Of a stretch of DNA of 64,000 nt, positions 59,691 to 64,000 are shown piece by piece. Origin of the DNA: Gammaproteobacteria bacterium (GTDB lineage Bacteria; Pseudomonadota; Gammaproteobacteria; Burkholderiales; SG8-41); the NCBI GenBank assembly GCA_041483135.1, contig JBGPFE010000009.1, positions 54,629 through 118,628 of the forward strand. The letters run 5' to 3'. Under the pieces are notes generated by a model that saw only the letters and a list, made by a program, of their open reading frames with translations, did not search any database and was not told the origin of the DNA. Numbering within the stretch: the first letter of the stretch is position 1; the number at the start of each line of letters is the position of its first letter. The position numbers and the translations under genes are program-made.

Positions 59691-60650
59691 TCAAGCAATT
59701 TTAGGCGCTTGCAGACTCTCCTCGGAGCCTCCGACCAGCCCTGCGACAGGCGTTGCCACCAGGCGTTTCGGCAGCAGCAGCCCCCCCGGTTGCAAAGCGC
59801 CCAGCCCCAGGAAACGCCGGTTCTGGTCGTAGAGGCGGACTAATCCAGCATATCCCGGAGCCTCAACCCGGCCAGCCTGCCCCATCAGTATGCGCCGCAC
59901 CAAGTCTGCCGCGAGCACCAATTCAGGTAGCGCCGATACCAAGGCATCGACCGGTAGTAAGCAGGCGGGCCTTTGCAGCGCTGGCATTGACTCGACCTGC
60001 GCTAGCGTTACCGCGTGCTCGAGACTGAATCCGCCTACCGCCGTGCGCCTTAAGCCCGCCAGCGTGGCCCCGCAGCCGAGTGCGTAGCCGATGTCCTCGG
60101 CCAGCACACGGATATAAGTGCCTTTGCTGCAGCGCACGCCGATTTTGAGCCGCTCCGCGGCAAAATCATGCAAGGTAATGTCATGGATGGTGATACTGCG
60201 CGGCTTGCGATCAACCGTCTGCCCAGCGCGTGCATAAGCGTAGAGTGGTTTGCCGTCGCGCTTGAGCGCGCTATACATCGGCGGAGTTTGCTCGATGTTG
60301 CCGACAAAACCGCGTAGCACCGTCTCCACCTGCTCACGCGTGGCAGCAACGGTCTGCCGCGAGGTCACCTCGCCTTCGGTATCGCCGGTGGCGGTCGTCA
60401 CGCCCAGCAGGATCTCCGCGTCATAGCTTTTGTCGGCGCCGAAGGTAGCGGTCGAAAACTTGGTGGCTTCGCCCAGACACACCGGCAGTAAGCCGCTGGC
60501 GAGCGGATCGAGCGTGCCGACATGACCGATTTTAGCGGCATTGAACAGCCGCTTGACGCGCTGGATCGCCGCGTTCGACGTGATACCGATTGGCTTGTCA
60601 AGCAACAACACGCCGTCGACCGGCTGGGTGGCGAGAGCAGTCCGCGTCAA
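59691..60650 (-). CDS. truB: tRNA pseudouridine(55) synthase
   Basis: 319 aa. GVLLLDKPIGITSN, GHVGTLDPLASGLL catalytic Asp motif. Confidence 0.96.
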   Translation of the reverse strand: MTRTALATQPVDGVLLLDKPIGITSNAAIQRVKRLFNAAKIGHVGTLDPLASGLLPVCLGEATKFSTATFGADKSYDAEILLGVTTATGDTEGEVTSRQTVAATREQVETVLRGFVGNIEQTPPMYSALKRDGKPLYAYARAGQTVDRKPRSITIHDITLHDFAAERLKIGVRCSKGTYIRVLAEDIGYALGCGATLAGLRRTAVGGFSLEHAVTLAQVESMPALQRPACLLPVDALVSALPELVLAADLVRRILMGQAGRVEAPGYAGLVRLYDQNRRFLGLGALQPGGLLLPKRLVATPVAGLVGGSEESLQAPKIA

Positions 60651-60669
60651 AATTCCGCCCAGGACAGGG

Positions 60670-61047
60670 TCAGCGGCGTTTTTTCTTGCCGCGGACAGCG
60701 GTACCCACCGCCTCGTCGATCAACTGCGACAGCCGTATGCCGCGCTCGACCGATTCGTCGTAGACGAAATGCAGTTGGGGGACGCCGCGCAACTTGACGC
60801 GCTGACCAAGCTCATGCCGCAAGAAACCGGCGGCATGATTGAGACCTGCAGTTGCCGCTGCAATCTGGTCATCGTCGCCAAGGGTGGTGAAAAAAACTTT
60901 AGCATGCGCATAATCGGCACTGACCTCAACGTCGGTCAATGTCACCATGCCGACGCGCGGATCCTTGACCTCGAGCCGGATCATGTCCGCGAGCTCACGC
61001 TGAATCTGCTCGGCCACGCGCAGCGTGCGTGAATAATCGCGGGGCAT
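60670..61047 (-). CDS. rbfA: Ribosome-binding factor A
   Basis: 125 aa. R..RVAEQIQRELA.....VKDPR.G.VT.TDVEVS.D...AKV. Confidence 0.95.
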   Translation of the reverse strand: MPRDYSRTLRVAEQIQRELADMIRLEVKDPRVGMVTLTDVEVSADYAHAKVFFTTLGDDDQIAAATAGLNHAAGFLRHELGQRVKLRGVPQLHFVYDESVERGIRLSQLIDEAVGTAVRGKKKRR

Positions 61048-61055
61048 CGCAAATC

Positions 61056-61148
61056 CAGTTTCGAGTTTTGCGTTTAGAGTTTTGAGACGTTAGTTCCGGG
61101 CTCTGCTCGTCACCGGATTAACTCGCAACCCGCAACTCCAAACTGCCG
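61056..61148. repeat. Inverted heptamer arrays forming a long imperfect hairpin between infB and rbfA
   Basis: Left arm CAGTTTC GAGTTTT GCGTTTA GAGTTTT GAGACGT. Right arm ACTCGCA ACCCGCA ACTCCAA ACTGCCG. Pairing blocks are 61056-61/61140-45, 61063-67/61134-38 and 61077-81/61120-24. Confidence 0.8.
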
Positions 61149-63695
61149 TTACAAGGTTCTCGCCACTTCGACGACCTCGTAGGCTTCGAGCTGGTCGCCG
61201 ACCTTGATGTCGTCGAAGTTCTTGACCGACAGACCGCACTCGAAGCCGGCCTTGACTTCACGCGCATCGTCCTTGAAGCGCTTGAGCGAATCGAGTTCGC
61301 CGTCGTGAATCACGACGTTGTCGCGCAACACCCGCACTCTGGCGCTGCGGCGCACCAGACCTTCAGTTACGTAGCAGCCTGCGACCGTGCCGACTTTGGA
61401 GATCTTGAACACTTGACGCACCTCGACCATGCCGAGCACGCTTTCCTTCTTCTCGGGTGCCAGCATGCCGGACAGCGCGGCTTTCACTTCATCGACGGCT
61501 TCGTAAATGATGTCGTAGTACCGGATATCGACGCCCGAGGATTCGGCAAGCTTGCGCGCCATCGCGTCGGCGCGCGCGTTGAAACCGATGATCACGGCTT
61601 TGGATGCAAGCGCGAGATTAACGTCGGACTCCGTAATGCCGCCGACGCCGCAGTGCACGATGTTAACCTTGACCTCGTCGGTCGAAAGTTTCGGCAGCGT
61701 ATGCGACAGCGCCTCATAGGAGCCCTGCACGTCAGACTTGATGATGATCGACAGCGTCTTCGCCCCCGCCTCGCCGATCTGCTCGAACATGTTCTCGAGC
61801 TTGCTCGACTGCTGCTGCGCGAGCTTGACGTCGCGGAATTTGCCCTGCCGGAACAGTGCGATTTCGCGTGCCTTGCGTTCGTCGCCAAGCACCAACACTT
61901 CGGAACCGGCGGCCGGCACGTCCGACATGCCCTGGATTTCAACCGGGATCGACGGCCCGGCGCTGTCGACAGCCTTGCCGTTTTCGTCGAGCATCGCGCG
62001 CACCCGTCCGAACACGGCACCCGCCAGCACGACATCACCTCGCTTCAGCGTACCCGACTGCACCAGCACGGTTGCGACCGGACCGCGGCCCTTGTCGAGC
62101 CGCGCTTCGATCACGATACCCTTCGCCGGTACATCCTTGGCGGCTTTCAGTTCCAGCACTTCAGCCTGCAACAGCACGCTTTCCAGCAACTGATCGATGC
62201 CCTGGCCCGTCTTGGCCGACACCGGTACAAACATGGTGTCGCCGCCCCATTCTTCAGGCACGACCTCCTGCCCCGCGAGATCCTGCTTGATTCGATCTGG
62301 ATTCGCTTCCGGCTTGTCGATCTTGTTGAGCGCCACCACCATCGGCACTTTGGCTGCCTTGGCGTGGTGGATCGCCTCGATGGTCTGCGGCATCACGCCG
62401 TCATCCGCCGCCACCACCAGAATCACGAGATCGGTGATTTTCGCACCACGCGCGCGCATTGCCGTGAATGCCTCGTGGCCCGGCGTATCGAGAAACGTAA
62501 TCATGCCGCGCGGCGTTTCGACATGGTAAGCGCCAATGTGCTGCGTGATGCCGCCGGCTTCACCGCTCGCCACGCGCGTGCGGCGTACGTGATCGAGCAG
62601 CGACGTCTTGCCGTGATCGACGTGCCCCATCACGGTGACCACCGGCGCGCGCGGCTCGAGTGTGACCTGCACGGGCGCAGCCGTTTCAGCGAGAAACGCG
62701 TCGGGATCGTCGAGCTTGGCACGCACCGGCTTATGCCCCATTTCCTCGACTACGATCATCGCGGTTTCCTGGTCCAGGACCTGGTTGATCGTGACCATCG
62801 TGCCGAGCTTCATCATCGCCTTGATGACCTCGGCCGCTTTCACCGACATTTTCTGTGCCAGCGTGGCAACCGTGATCGTCTCGGGCACGCTGATATCGCG
62901 CACGATCGGCTCGGTCGGCGCCGCAAACACATGCTCACCGCCCTGAGCCTCCTCGCCTTCGTGCTTCACGTGACGGTCTTTGCGCGTGCGCCATCCCATG
63001 CCGCCGCTCATGTCGCCACGCGTTTTAATAGAGCGACGCTTGACGCTTTCGTCTCTCCAGACGACTTCCCTGACCGGTTTCTTGGCTTTTTTCTCGGTCT
63101 TGGGCTTATCGCCGGGCTTGAGTGCCGGCTTATGCAGCGTGCCTTCCGTAAGCACCGCGGTCGCGGGTTTCGCCTCGGCAACCGGGGCCGTCGAGGCTTC
63201 GGGCGCCGCCTCTACCGCGGCCGACGCCGCCTCCGCGTCGGCTTTCTTGCGCTTCTGACGCGTTTGTTTCTGCTGCGCCTCCTCGCTTTGCCGCGCGATC
63301 AGTTCGGCCTGCTTTTTCGCCTCCGCTTCACGGATCGCGACTTGCTCGGCATCGAGCACCGGCGCCTTAGGCTCGGCCGGTGCGGTTTCAGCCGCATCAC
63401 GTTTGACCAGCACGCGCTTTTTGCGCACTTCGACCTGGATGGTACGCGCCTTGCCGGTGCCGTCGGATTTCTTGATCTCGGTCGTTTGCTTGCGCGTCAG
63501 AGTGATCTTGTTCTTGGCTTCTTTAGCACCGTGCGCATGCCGCAGATAATCGAGCAGCTGCGTCTTGTCCTTTTCGGTCAGGACGGTATCGTCAGCGAGT
63601 TTTTTCTTGACACCGGCAGTCTGCAGCTGTTCCAGCAGCAACTCTACCGGCAATCCGAGATCCTTCGCAAATTGTGTGACGTTGATCTGTGCCAT
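61149..63695 (-). CDS. infB: Translation initiation factor IF-2
   Basis: 848 aa. [13 protein letters not shown]1 motif, [13 protein letters not shown]. Confidence 0.98.
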   Translation of the reverse strand: MAQINVTQFAKDLGLPVELLLEQLQTAGVKKKLADDTVLTEKDKTQLLDYLRHAHGAKEAKNKITLTRKQTTEIKKSDGTGKARTIQVEVRKKRVLVKRDAAETAPAEPKAPVLDAEQVAIREAEAKKQAELIARQSEEAQQKQTRQKRKKADAEAASAAVEAAPEASTAPVAEAKPATAVLTEGTLHKPALKPGDKPKTEKKAKKPVREVVWRDESVKRRSIKTRGDMSGGMGWRTRKDRHVKHEGEEAQGGEHVFAAPTEPIVRDISVPETITVATLAQKMSVKAAEVIKAMMKLGTMVTINQVLDQETAMIVVEEMGHKPVRAKLDDPDAFLAETAAPVQVTLEPRAPVVTVMGHVDHGKTSLLDHVRRTRVASGEAGGITQHIGAYHVETPRGMITFLDTPGHEAFTAMRARGAKITDLVILVVAADDGVMPQTIEAIHHAKAAKVPMVVALNKIDKPEANPDRIKQDLAGQEVVPEEWGGDTMFVPVSAKTGQGIDQLLESVLLQAEVLELKAAKDVPAKGIVIEARLDKGRGPVATVLVQSGTLKRGDVVLAGAVFGRVRAMLDENGKAVDSAGPSIPVEIQGMSDVPAAGSEVLVLGDERKAREIALFRQGKFRDVKLAQQQSSKLENMFEQIGEAGAKTLSIIIKSDVQGSYEALSHTLPKLSTDEVKVNIVHCGVGGITESDVNLALASKAVIIGFNARADAMARKLAESSGVDIRYYDIIYEAVDEVKAALSGMLAPEKKESVLGMVEVRQVFKISKVGTVAGCYVTEGLVRRSARVRVLRDNVVIHDGELDSLKRFKDDAREVKAGFECGLSVKNFDDIKVGDQLEAYEVVEVARTL

Positions 63696-63713
63696 GGTGA
63701 ACTCCGGGAATAA

Positions 63714-64000
63714 TTATGCGAACCACGGCGCGCGAGCGGTCATGATCAGCTGTTTGGCACGCTCGGCGTCTATGCCGGTCATTTCGACCAGATCATCCAT
63801 TGCGAGATCGGCGAGATTTTCTTTCGTGATCACGCCTTTCTCCGCCAGCAGGCGCGCAGTCTGATTGTCCATGCCCTCGAGGGTCAGCAGATCCTCGACG
63901 TCGTGCTCGAGCTTTTCTTCAGTTGCAATTGCCTGTGTCAACAACGCGTTTCGTGAGCGGCTGCGCAGCTCGTTGACCGTGTCTTCATCGAAAGATTCGA
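63714..64000 (-). CDS. nusA: Transcription termination/antitermination factor NusA, C-terminal part (5' end beyond window)
   Basis: The frame is open to the window edge: ...ESFDEDTVNELRSRSRNALLTQAIATEEKLE...LEGMDNQTARLLAEKGV...AERAKQLIMTARAPWFA (acidic repeat HhH region). Located upstream of infB. Confidence 0.93.
   Translation of the reverse strand, partial: ESFDEDTVNELRSRSRNALLTQAIATEEKLEHDVEDLLTLEGMDNQTARLLAEKGVITKENLADLAMDDLVEMTGIDAERAKQLIMTARAPWFA

Overview
High-GC proteobacterial-type chromosomal window, apparently in three parts. No organism is claimed and no database search was possible. (1) 1-12.0 kb: a PrtD/PrtE-type type I secretion system (T1SS) with an 888-aa RTX substrate. Next to it is a minus-strand operon of a HisD paralogue, an SDR and a NitT/TauT-family ABC importer. 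(2) About 12.06-36.0 kb: an accessory island that looks A/T-richer by eye. It holds toxin-antitoxin (TA) modules interleaved with two decayed copies of the 3' end of hlyD. It also holds a split HlyB...HlyD T1SS locus around a 4122-aa protein (N-terminal class-3-lipase-like domain, many RTX blocks, six cadherin-like repeats). The secretion locus contains vapBC translationally coupled to hlyD, a small DUF3467-like gene, two uncharacterised envelope proteins, a REP-associated tyrosine transposase with perfect 24-bp inverted repeats, and two HPD-less J-domain-like genes upstream of hlyB. (3) 36-64 kb: housekeeping genes (ygfZ, aldolase/SDR-mtnA, tadA, a LysR-controlled redox cluster, guaBA, ratA-rnfH/smpB, tRNA Pro-Arg-His, dksA, pnp, rpsO, truB, rbfA, infB, nusA'). 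The best candidate for an undescribed system is the lipase-RTX T1SS island with its accessory genes. A second unexplained signal is a set of intergenic imperfect palindromes whose arms are tandem 7-, 8- or 10-nt repeats. All family calls rest on motifs read from the translations.
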